Below are positions 46,942 through 55,526 of a DNA stretch of 64,000 nt, one piece after another; position 1 is the first letter of the stretch; every line of letters begins with the position of its first letter. The stretch lies in NCBI GenBank assembly GCA_025453495.1, contig JALOQM010000001.1:90732-154731 (forward strand), given 5' to 3'. The notes under the pieces are model-generated. The model was not told where the DNA came from and did not search any database. It worked only from the letters and a program-made list of their open reading frames with translations. Origin of the DNA: Minisyncoccota bacterium. GTDB taxonomy: Bacteria > Patescibacteriota > Minisyncoccia > Phycocordibacterales > UBA9973. Made by a program: the position numbers and the translations under genes.

Positions 46942-49490
46942 TTACGTGATGGGTCAACAAAGAATGAACTCTCAACTTCAGCACTATTGTATACAACATC
47001 ATAAGCGACAACTCGTATATTATTGTTTCCTTCTGTAATACCAAAATTAGAAGGAGTAAATGAAAAAACAAATGGCTGGTTTTTGACACTACCCACAAAT
47101 TGCCCATTTATAAAGATATCTCCTTTTACCAATGGATATCTCCCGGAACTAGTAATGGCAATAGTTACCCGTTCGTTGGGAAGATAGGAAGTACCGACTA
47201 CAGGAGAAGTAATCGCAATTTTCGGGACTGTTTCGAGTGTGTGTATATCATCAAAAGTTGTTGGTATATCTGATGCTCGGATGATTGGGTATCGAGCTCT
47301 ATTCTGTTCCCACCATTGTCTAATAGGGAATTCCCAATTTCTAAACTGAGGATCTTTTTCTGGTTCTTCAGGTCTTGCACCAAGTGGGTCATTTTTGTTT
47401 ACCCAATACAAAATTGAGCGGACATCGGTAATAACTTTTTCTTCAAGTGTTTCCTTTGGAGTAAAACTAGTAGCACGTTTCCCGGAAATTGTGTCAACAA
47501 GAAAACTTTCTCCACCAAGCCAAACACCTCTGATAACTGGTTTAAGTTTTTCTAAGTCATTTGGTATAACCGGCGGCTCAAATTCTTCTTCTGGAAGCAA
47601 TGGAAGCACTTCTTCCATAAATGCACGCCACAATGGAGCTATAATAGTTCCTGATGTTTTTTTGACCATTGGTGAATTGTCATTATTTCCAGCCCAAGTA
47701 CCTACTACAAGCGATGGGGTATACCCAACTGTCCATACATCGCGGTAATCGTTGGTAGTACCTGTTTTTGCCGCAACAGCACGTTCTCTAAAATAGAGTG
47801 GTGAGTTCGCCCCAAATAGGGGAGTTCTCGCGGTGTTATCAGAAAGAATATCAGAGATCATAAGTGCAACATTTTTTGGAAGTACTGTCGCCTCGGCGAT
47901 GATTGCTTCTTCTAGTACACTACCATTTGCATTTTCTATTTTTAATATAGAGCGATATGGATTTCTTACGCCACCATTTGCAAAAACACCATACGCGGAA
48001 GTGATATCAAGTAGTGATACTTCACCACCACCAAGCACAAGAGTCAGTCCATAGCGCGAAGGATCAGTAAGTGTTTTTATTCCCATATCCTTTGCTGTTC
48101 GCAACGCATCCTTTATACCGACAAGATACAGTGCTTTGACTGCCGGGACGTTTATTGACTGTGCGAGCGCATTGCGTAGGTTTATTGGTCCACGATAGAG
48201 GCCATCATAGTTTTCTGGCATATAGCAGTCATTTTGATTGTAGCCAGGGTAGGCGCGACCAAGTGGATCACAAGTAGTTTGGAATTCTGTCGGCAGATCA
48301 AAGAGCACAGTATTTGGCGTATATCCTTTTTCAAATGCTGCTGCGTAGACGAATGGTTTAAATGCTGAGCCAGGCTGTCGCTTTGCAAGGGCAATATTGT
48401 AATTCCCATCAATTTCCTTATCGAAATAATCTTTTGAACCAACCATTGTCAAAATGTCTCCATTTTTGGGGTCAATAGCAACAAGAGAAGCGTTTGAAGC
48501 ATTAAATTTTTCTTTGTTCAGCGTCGCATATTCTTTAACAACCGCTTCACCTTTTTGTTGCATTGTGTAATCAAGTGTTGTTGTGACCTTTAGACCACCA
48601 GTTTCTAAAGTATCTTTTCCGTATTTGCTCTCAAGATATTCTTTTATAAAAAACACAAAATGTGGTGCTTTGATGCTGCTTGGTGACTGTGGAAGGAATG
48701 CAACAGCTTCTGCTTGTGCGATTTCATTCTCTGTTTTTGTGATAAATCTAAGAGCTTCCATGCGATCAAGTACTAGATTTTTTCTCTTATCAAGATCTGC
48801 ACGATTCTTTCCATAAGGAGAATAGTACGTAGGGAGTTGTGGAATCGCGGCAAGATAGGCTGCTTCGGCAAGAGTAAGGTCTTTGGCAGCTTTGCCAAAG
48901 TATTGTCGTGATGCTTCTTGTATACCGTATATAGTGCCACCATATGGAGCCTCGTTTAGATATAAAGCAAGAATATCGTCTTTGCTCATTGAGGCATCGA
49001 GCTTTATAGCAAGTACCCATTCTTTTGTTTTTCGCGCAATTGTTTTTTCTGGAGACAACAGTGTCATTTTTATGACTTGTTGGGTAATGGTTGAGCCACC
49101 TTGTGTTGAGCCACCCGGGATAGTATTTGAGAGCACTGCGCGTATGATTGAAGTAATGCGGATACCATGGTGGCTATAAAATTCCGCATCTTCAATCGCA
49201 ATAGTAGCGTTTTTTGAATACTGGCTTATTTCCGAAAGTGGTACAACAGTTCTCTTTTTATCTTGATGTAGATCATAGAGAAGTATCTCTCCTGTACGAT
49301 CATATATTTTTGTTGATCCTTTTGTATTGATATCCTCAAGTACCTTAAAATCAGGGATTTTTACCGTCGCAATCCAGACAATAAGAGTTCCAATGAGTAA
49401 AACACCAATACTCATAAAAAGAAGGGCGAGGTTTGTCGCAGTGCTTCGGTGTTTGTGCCAGTGTTTCTTGAGTTTTGTATTAAGCTTCAT
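46938..49490 (-). CDS. Class A penicillin-binding protein (PBP1A family) with C-terminal Ig-like domain
   Basis: AIEDAEFYSHHG and GGSTITQQ (glycosyltransferase); SAFK, SIN and KTGTT (transpeptidase). Confidence 0.95.
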   Translation of the reverse strand: MKLNTKLKKHWHKHRSTATNLALLFMSIGVLLIGTLIVWIATVKIPDFKVLEDINTKGSTKIYDRTGEILLYDLHQDKKRTVVPLSEISQYSKNATIAIEDAEFYSHHGIRITSIIRAVLSNTIPGGSTQGGSTITQQVIKMTLLSPEKTIARKTKEWVLAIKLDASMSKDDILALYLNEAPYGGTIYGIQEASRQYFGKAAKDLTLAEAAYLAAIPQLPTYYSPYGKNRADLDKRKNLVLDRMEALRFITKTENEIAQAEAVAFLPQSPSSIKAPHFVFFIKEYLESKYGKDTLETGGLKVTTTLDYTMQQKGEAVVKEYATLNKEKFNASNASLVAIDPKNGDILTMVGSKDYFDKEIDGNYNIALAKRQPGSAFKPFVYAAAFEKGYTPNTVLFDLPTEFQTTCDPLGRAYPGYNQNDCYMPENYDGLYRGPINLRNALAQSINVPAVKALYLVGIKDALRTAKDMGIKTLTDPSRYGLTLVLGGGEVSLLDITSAYGVFANGGVRNPYRSILKIENANGSVLEEAIIAEATVLPKNVALMISDILSDNTARTPLFGANSPLYFRERAVAAKTGTTNDYRDVWTVGYTPSLVVGTWAGNNDNSPMVKKTSGTIIAPLWRAFMEEVLPLLPEEEFEPPVIPNDLEKLKPVIRGVWLGGESFLVDTISGKRATSFTPKETLEEKVITDVRSILYWVNKNDPLGARPEEPEKDPQFRNWEFPIRQWWEQNRARYPIIRASDIPTTFDDIHTLETVPKIAITSPVVGTSYLPNERVTIAITSSGRYPLVKGDIFINGQFVGSVKNQPFVFSFTPSNFGITEGNNNIRVVAYDVVYNSAEVESSFFVDPSRN

Positions 49491-49558
49491 CTTTGCATAA
49501 TACCATGGAATACCTAGACGAACGGACAAATTCGTACAGTTGTGGTACAGTACTACGT

Positions 49559-50764
49559 ATGAAAAATACGCGCAAAGAGGGCGAAAAACTGTGGGCATTT
49601 CTGGAGAGGGGGGTTGCCTCTGTATATCCAAGCAAGGAATATGTCACCGCGCGTTTGCTGGAAGGCAAAAAACTAAAAGTGTATTTTGGTATAGATCCGA
49701 CCGGGCCAACATTGCATCTTGGCCATATGATTGGAATTAAAAAACTGGCTGAATTTCAAGAGCTTGGGCACTCTGTTGTTCTCCTCATCGGTGACTTTAC
49801 TGCGATGATTGGAGATCCGACGGACAAAGGAGCGACACGCAAACAACTTTCACGGAAGGAAATTCTCACAAACATGAAGCTGTATAAAAAACAGGCCTCG
49901 GCACTTCTGCGGTTTTCCGGAAAAAACAAGGCAGAGATCGCGTATAACTCAAAATGGCTCGGCAAAATGAAATTCGGAGATGTGCTTGATCTTGCATCAA
50001 AGATGACCGTTCAGCAAATGCTCGAACGCGATATGTTTGAGCGCCGAATAGAAGAGGGGAAGCCGATACATATACACGAGTTTCTCTATCCGCTCATGCA
50101 AGGATATGACTCGGTTGCCATGCAAATAGACGGAGAAATCGGCGGCAACGACCAGACATTTAATATGCTCGCCGGCAGAACACTTGAAAAACTTCTGCTT
50201 GATAAAGAAAAATTTGTCATTGCGACGAAGTTACTTGAAGACGCAACAGGCAAGAAGATGGGAAAAACCGAGGGCAATATGGTAAGCCTTATCGATACAC
50301 CAAAAGACATGTTTGGAAAGATAATGAGCTGGACCGACGGATTGATTATCCCAGCATTTGAACTGTGCACCATGGCAACAATGGAAGACATTGAAGCAAT
50401 CAAAGAGTCTTTGGTAAACGGTGCGAATCCGCGCGATGCCAAAGCGCGACTCGCCCGAGAGATTGTCTCCTTGTATCACGGAGAAAAAAAGGGAAAAGAA
50501 GCGGAAGACGCTTTCTTCCAGACGTTTCAGAGGGGAGAAGTGCCAACCGATATCCAGACTGAGAAAGCAAAAAAAGACGAGCAACTTGTCGCCGTATTGT
50601 TGCGCTTGGGGGTTGTTTCGTCAAAAAGTGAATGGCGGAGACTTGTAGAGGAGGGTGCAGTGACACATCTTGAAAGTGATACTAAAATAACTGATCCACA
50701 AGCGAGCCCTGAACTAGGAACCTACAAAATCGGCAAAAAACGCTTCCTAAAGATTACTAAATAA
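49559..50764 (+). CDS. tyrS: Tyrosine--tRNA ligase
   Basis: GIDPTGPTLHLGH, YPLMQGYD, GGNDQTFN and KMGKT motifs. Confidence 0.97.
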   Translation: MKNTRKEGEKLWAFLERGVASVYPSKEYVTARLLEGKKLKVYFGIDPTGPTLHLGHMIGIKKLAEFQELGHSVVLLIGDFTAMIGDPTDKGATRKQLSRKEILTNMKLYKKQASALLRFSGKNKAEIAYNSKWLGKMKFGDVLDLASKMTVQQMLERDMFERRIEEGKPIHIHEFLYPLMQGYDSVAMQIDGEIGGNDQTFNMLAGRTLEKLLLDKEKFVIATKLLEDATGKKMGKTEGNMVSLIDTPKDMFGKIMSWTDGLIIPAFELCTMATMEDIEAIKESLVNGANPRDAKARLAREIVSLYHGEKKGKEAEDAFFQTFQRGEVPTDIQTEKAKKDEQLVAVLLRLGVVSSKSEWRRLVEEGAVTHLESDTKITDPQASPELGTYKIGKKRFLKITK

Positions 50765-50796
50765 TAAAACTCCCACAATGTGGGAGTTTTATTATT
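50760..50796. terminator. Bidirectional terminator
   Basis: AATAATAAAACTCCCACA-a-TGTGGGAGTTTTATTATT. Confidence 0.75.
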
Positions 50797-51011
50797 TAGT
50801 AGTTTTGGTCGGCGTCGCCTCCTATGAACTCTTCTTCCTCTTCCTCATCTTCATCATCAAGGTCGAAGTCTTCGTCTTCATCATCTTCGTCATCCATAGC
50901 GTCGTCATCTTCAGTCATATCATCTTCATCATCTTTGTCGTCTTCGCCATTATAACCAAGTACTTCCTCTTCTTCATCTCCTTTTGAATAATTTTCGTCG
51001 TCGTAACTCAT
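50796..51011 (-). CDS. Small ultra-acidic protein
   Basis: 71 aa with 42 Asp/Glu; ATG start; stop abuts the terminator. Confidence 0.65.
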   Translation of the reverse strand: MSYDDENYSKGDEEEEVLGYNGEDDKDDEDDMTEDDDAMDDEDDEDEDFDLDDEDEEEEEEFIGGDADQNY

Positions 51012-51173
51012 GTACTAATTTTTTTATCTAGTAATCGGTATATATGTAACAAAAACTTTTTCGCTTTGCAATGAAAAATTCAATTTTATGTGGATAACCC
51101 AGTAGGTCATTTTGTGAACCATATTGGCACTCAGAAGCATTGTTACAATCAACAGTAAAGTATCTACATTCGG

Positions 51174-51653
51174 CTATATACGATCGATTGCAAGCGAAGT
51201 GATGGCGATTGCAATTGCGTCCATTTCATCATCTGAATGCACTTTTTTGTCGAGTATTGCTAGTTTTTCAGTCATACGCATAACCTGTTGCTTGTCCGCG
51301 CCACCTGCGCCAGTTACTGCCACTTTTATCTGTATTGGGGTGTACTCAAAGATAGGAAGACCGACTTGCGCGGCGCTATACAGAATCACACCACGTGCTT
51401 CAGCTACCGCGATTGCAGTTTTTCGGTTCTTTTCCATAAAAAAGAGTGTTTCTGTGGCTAGCCGTTCAGGCGCGTACTCTCTTATAATTCGCGTGACTTC
51501 TGCGCCAACAAGAGCGAGACGTTCGGGATGGGGGAGTTTTGCACTTGTCTTAAAACAATCTGAATAGATAACATGCTCCTTTCCAGTGCCGTTTTTTTCG
51601 ACGATTGCAATTCCAAGGCGCTCATATCCAGGATCAATAGCAATGATTTTCAT
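51174..51653 (-). CDS. ruvC: Holliday junction resolvase RuvC
   Basis: IAIDPG, EARGV, YTPIQIK.AVTGAG.ADKQQV and DDEMDAIAIA motifs. Confidence 0.95.
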   Translation of the reverse strand: MKIIAIDPGYERLGIAIVEKNGTGKEHVIYSDCFKTSAKLPHPERLALVGAEVTRIIREYAPERLATETLFFMEKNRKTAIAVAEARGVILYSAAQVGLPIFEYTPIQIKVAVTGAGGADKQQVMRMTEKLAILDKKVHSDDEMDAIAIAITSLAIDRI

Positions 51654-51740
51654 ACTGGTGTTTTTACAAGTAGTGTAGTTTACTATTTTTTAATACTTAT
51701 TTTTACTATACGCAAAATACCAGAAAGATCCAATTTTATT

Positions 51741-51769
51741 TTGACAATATATATAGGTTTATATATATT
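51741..51769 (+). promoter_or_regulatory. sigma70 promoter overlapped by an inverted repeat
   Basis: TTGACA-17 nt-TATATT; ACAATATATATA-ggtt-TATATATATTGT spans it. Confidence 0.65.
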
Positions 51770-51775
51770 GTAGTT

Positions 51776-52044
51776 AGGGAAATACTTTGAAGAAAATAAT
51801 AAATGATTCCTTGGTACAGGGAATAGGACAAACCAGACCCTCTGGGATAGATTGATTGGAGAAATCCACAAAAAAATCGATGCTTCTGGGGTTGTAGGAC
51901 CTTAATGCAAGGCTCCTGAGTATGCTCTATGTTAGAACGTACGAAAGTATTAAGACTAACTTAGCAGAACCTGCGTGCTTGCAACACGCAATCCTAAACG
52001 AAGTTATTTCTCTTGCCTGCTCTTGTAGCAGGCTTTTTCTTTTT
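51776..52044 (+). ncRNA. Candidate structured ncRNA of unknown family
   Basis: Bounded by a promoter and terminator (52015-52044); no credible ORF; several hairpins including a GAAA tetraloop. Confidence 0.5.
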
Positions 52045-52064
52045 GTAAGTATTGTTTTGTTTGA

Positions 52065-53093
52065 TTAACACTCATTCGAATCTTTATTTTCTGGATAATC
52101 AAAACCAAGATGGTCATAGGCTTTTTGGGTCGCAACGCGACCTTTTGCGGTGCGCTCGAGAAGTCCAAGTTGGATAAGATAGGGTTCAGTTACTTCTTCA
52201 ATTGTTGCCTCTTCTTCAGCAGTTGCTGCGGCAATAGTCTTGAGTCCCACTGGGCCGCCATCAAATTTATCGATAATTGTTTCGAGTACTTTTCGGTCAG
52301 ATGAGGAGAGACCAAGTTCGTCGATACCAAGTAGCGAGAGCGCTTCATGGACAGTTTTTTTTGATAAGGATTTTTTGTGGACTTGGGCAAAATCACGCAC
52401 TCTTTTTATAAGATAGTTTGCGGTACGTGGAGTGAAGCGACTTCGTCTAGCTATTTCCTCAAGCGCATCATCTTCGAGTGTATGTTCTGTGCCGAGAATA
52501 GAGAGTGATCTGCGAGCGATTTCCTTGATCTCTTCATCAGTATAAAATTCAAGACGAAATACACCACCAGAAAATCGCGATCGCAGTGGAGAAGAAAGAA
52601 GTGCAATCCTTGTGGTTGCTGCAACAAGCGTGAATGGTGGCAAATCAAGCTGGATAGTACGTGCTGATGGCCCTTTACCGATGATAATATCGAGTGAGCC
52701 GGATTCCATAGCAGGGTAGAGAATTTCTTCCACCATTTTATTGAGTCGATGAATCTCATCGATGAAGAGAATATCTCCTGGAGAGAGGTTTGTGAGTATT
52801 GATGCAAGGTCACCAACCTTCTCAATTGCGGGTCCAGAAGTGACTTTCATCTGTCGTCCAGTCTCGTGTGCAATCAAGTGGGCAAGGGTAGTTTTCCCCA
52901 GTCCAGGCGGTCCGTAAAAAAGGATATGTTCGGGTGGTTGATTGCGCCCTCGAGCAGCTTCCAAGAGGATGTGTAGATTATCCTTTATCTGTTTTTGACC
53001 AATATATTCAGCCCATTTCGAAGGTCTAAGCTTTGAATCAAGGAAAATGTCATCTTCTCTCTTTTCTTGTTTTTTTTGTGTTGGACTTGACAT
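52065..53093 (-). CDS. ruvB: Holliday junction branch migration helicase RuvB
   Basis: LRP...[21 protein letters not shown] and GGPVGL motifs. Confidence 0.98.
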   Translation of the reverse strand: MSSPTQKKQEKREDDIFLDSKLRPSKWAEYIGQKQIKDNLHILLEAARGRNQPPEHILFYGPPGLGKTTLAHLIAHETGRQMKVTSGPAIEKVGDLASILTNLSPGDILFIDEIHRLNKMVEEILYPAMESGSLDIIIGKGPSARTIQLDLPPFTLVAATTRIALLSSPLRSRFSGGVFRLEFYTDEEIKEIARRSLSILGTEHTLEDDALEEIARRSRFTPRTANYLIKRVRDFAQVHKKSLSKKTVHEALSLLGIDELGLSSSDRKVLETIIDKFDGGPVGLKTIAAATAEEEATIEEVTEPYLIQLGLLERTAKGRVATQKAYDHLGFDYPENKDSNEC

Positions 53094-53202
53094 AATAATT
53101 TAGTATGCTATACTTACTCACAGTAAATCCACAAAGTGACTTTTGTGAGTTACGAATCGTGATACAGTATACCACGTTGGTTCATTACATGAATTTTGAA
53201 AT

Positions 53203-53536
53203 AAAAGAGAATATGAATCTCTAAGCAATCAGGCTCCGGTCATAGGAGTCTAAAAAGGACGTCTTGGTTATTATTTATAATCTACTGGGGCTATCCTCTG
53301 AGGACTTCTTACTTTTGCGGTATAACTGCAAAAGGATTGTTTGGAGATTCATGCTCTTTTTAAAAAATGTATCAGAGTCGTATCGCGGACTTTGGTTGTA
53401 ATTAGGACAGCGATATATCGCTTGGTGTCAGGCTACCGACCTTGCGATGAAGAAGAGTAGCGTGTTTGATTGCGACCGTGGCAGTAGGCCTCGGTGTCCA
53501 AAAAGCGGTTCATTTCTGAACCGCTTTTCTTTTTTA
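53203..53536 (+). ncRNA. Candidate structured ncRNA of unknown family
   Basis: 18-bp closing stem 53213-53230/53335-53352 with two G-U pairs, inner hairpins, and a terminator at 53501-53536. Confidence 0.45.
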
Positions 53537-53544
53537 TATATATT

Positions 53545-53706
53545 CCACCGATTCCGTTTCAAAATGTCTGGTTGGGCAAGTTTTGTAGTTTTTGCTTTTG
53601 CAAAAACTACAAAAGTGAAGCGACCCTGAGGGCTTTTGAAACAGAACGGTAGAAAAAAGAACACAGTATGTATGTTTGTCCTTAAATGATGAACGAGCGG
53701 AGCGAG
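53545..53706 (-). repeat. Long imperfect hairpin element carrying CTCGCTCCGCTCG
   Basis: Stem 53545-53564/53634-53652, perfect 15-bp inner stem 53581-53614, motif at 53694-53706. Confidence 0.5.
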
Positions 53707-53710
53707 GTAT

Positions 53711-55408
53711 CTAGTCTTCCTCAATATCTACCACACTTCTGACTTCTTCAAGTGAGGTAATACCATGTAGTGCTTTGATGATACCGTCTTCTTTCATATC
53801 GAGTATGCCTTGTGTTTGGGCGACGCGTTTGATTTCTCTCTCACTTGGATTTTCTGGAATAATTTTTTCGATAGCCTCATTTGTCAGTATCGCTTCAAAG
53901 ACGCCAATACGTCCTTTGTAGCCGGTGTTATCACATTTCTCGCAGCCAACAGGTTCCCACAGTGTGATTTTCTGATCAGGTGTGACACCGTAGCGAGACA
54001 ACTCTTTGCCTTTTTGCGCTGCCGACTCTAGTATTTTGCGCAGTAGGGTGTCATCTGGTTGTGTTGCTGTACGTTCTTTTTTGCAGTGTTCGCAGAGTTT
54101 TCTGATGAGACGCTGTGCCATTGAGACAGAAAGAGCACTTGGGATAATTTTTGGATTGACTTCAAGGTCAATCAGACGAGGAATGACGCCAGCAGCATTG
54201 TTGGTATGTAAAGTAGAAAATACCATATGGCCAGTAAGTGCTGCTTCGACTGCGATTTTTGCTGTTTCAGCGTCGCGGATTTCTCCCACCATTACCACAT
54301 CAGGATCTTGTCTGAGTGCTGAGCGAAGACCCTCAAGAAAGGTAAATCCTTTTTTGTGATCAGCTTGTGTTTGCGTGATACCGGTAATGTGATATTCTAT
54401 CGGGTCTTCGATAGTGATGATTTTTATCTCAGGATTGTAAATTTTTCGAAGGAAGGCGTAGAGTGTCGTTGTTTTACCACTACCTGTCGGACCAGTGAGT
54501 AAGATGAGACCGTGCGGTTTTGTGATTTCTTTGTTTACGATCTCAAAGAGCCGCGGTTCCATACCAAGGTCTTCGAGTTTTCCTTTTATTGATTTTGGAT
54601 TGAGGACACGCATGACGATCGTCTCGCCATACGCAGATGGTATTGTTGAGGTGCGAATGTTTACTTCTTCACCAGATTTCAAAAATATACTGAAGCGGCC
54701 ATCTTGTGGAGTATTTTCTGCAGTAATCTTCATACCAGAGAGCAGTTTGATACGCGAGTTTAGTAAACGATTCGTTTTTTGCTCAAGGACCATAGCGTCA
54801 TGCAAGAGTCCATCCAAACGATAGCGTAGACGAACTGTTTCTTGTTCAGGCTCTATGTGTACGTCTGAGGCATCAAGCGCAATAGCACTACCAAGGAGCA
54901 CTTCGAGAAGCTGTGATGTTTTGTGTGTTTCCCTAGTTACTTCTTCGACGACACCTTTTATGTCAGTTATAGATCTGACTTTGTCGGCGATAGAAAGCAG
55001 TATTTGATTAGAAATATCAAGACCGCCCGATTTTGAGGCTGAAGCAAGAGAGATTTCATGGTAGCGCTTCCAGACTTTTTCGACGCTGGCATGTGATGCC
55101 ATATAGAGCACTGGAGAGAAGCCTTGTCCTTCAACGCGTTTTTCTACTGATGAGACAAGCTCAGGTCGAGGAGAGAGTATGGCAACGTGCGCTTTTTTAC
55201 CCACTAATTTGAATGGTGCGATACCAAGCACACGCGCCTCATCTTCTGGGATAATACGCAGTGCTTCATTGTCGATAACAACACCAGCAAGATTGATATA
55301 GGGAATGTTGTATTTTGATGCAGCCAGGATGGACACCAGATCTTCCTCTTCTTGTTGTTTCAAATCCTCAAGCTGTTTTTGTTGTTTTTCTTCGTCAAAT
55401 TGGAGCAT
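53711..55408 (-). CDS. GspE/PilB family secretion / type IV pilus ATPase
   Basis: GPTGSGKTTT, TIEDPIEY, LRQDPD..GEIRD, STLHTN and two CxxC pairs. Confidence 0.93.
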   Translation of the reverse strand: MLQFDEEKQQKQLEDLKQQEEEDLVSILAASKYNIPYINLAGVVIDNEALRIIPEDEARVLGIAPFKLVGKKAHVAILSPRPELVSSVEKRVEGQGFSPVLYMASHASVEKVWKRYHEISLASASKSGGLDISNQILLSIADKVRSITDIKGVVEEVTRETHKTSQLLEVLLGSAIALDASDVHIEPEQETVRLRYRLDGLLHDAMVLEQKTNRLLNSRIKLLSGMKITAENTPQDGRFSIFLKSGEEVNIRTSTIPSAYGETIVMRVLNPKSIKGKLEDLGMEPRLFEIVNKEITKPHGLILLTGPTGSGKTTTLYAFLRKIYNPEIKIITIEDPIEYHITGITQTQADHKKGFTFLEGLRSALRQDPDVVMVGEIRDAETAKIAVEAALTGHMVFSTLHTNNAAGVIPRLIDLEVNPKIIPSALSVSMAQRLIRKLCEHCKKERTATQPDDTLLRKILESAAQKGKELSRYGVTPDQKITLWEPVGCEKCDNTGYKGRIGVFEAILTNEAIEKIIPENPSEREIKRVAQTQGILDMKEDGIIKALHGITSLEEVRSVVDIEED

Positions 55409-55450
55409 ACACGATATTTACAGTATAGCCTGTAATTCTTTTTCTATAAC

Positions 55451-55479
55451 TTGACAGAATTATTTTATTATGCTAATCT
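55451..55479 (+). promoter_or_regulatory. sigma70 promoter
   Basis: TTGACA-17 nt-(TGc)TAATCT. Confidence 0.5.
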
Positions 55480-55526
55480 TTGTACGGAAAAATCGAAAAA
55501 TAAATAAACTCAAAAAACCAACGATT

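Noticed and set aside
50796-51011. CRISPR array or microsatellite (TCA/TCT/TCG runs)
   Set aside because: These are Asp/Glu codons on the minus strand with no repeat-spacer periodicity; no cas genes are in the window
51922-52047. 41-codon ORF MLYVRTYES... inside the candidate RNA
   Set aside because: It reads through the terminator hairpin and has no evident translation signal; not formally excluded
53298-53335. Hammerhead ribozyme core (CTGAGGA)
   Set aside because: No correctly placed GAAA after a stem II
53428-53724. 98-aa (minus) and 60-aa (plus) ORFs between ruvB and pilB
   Set aside because: They cross hairpins and T-tracts, have atypical composition and show no motif
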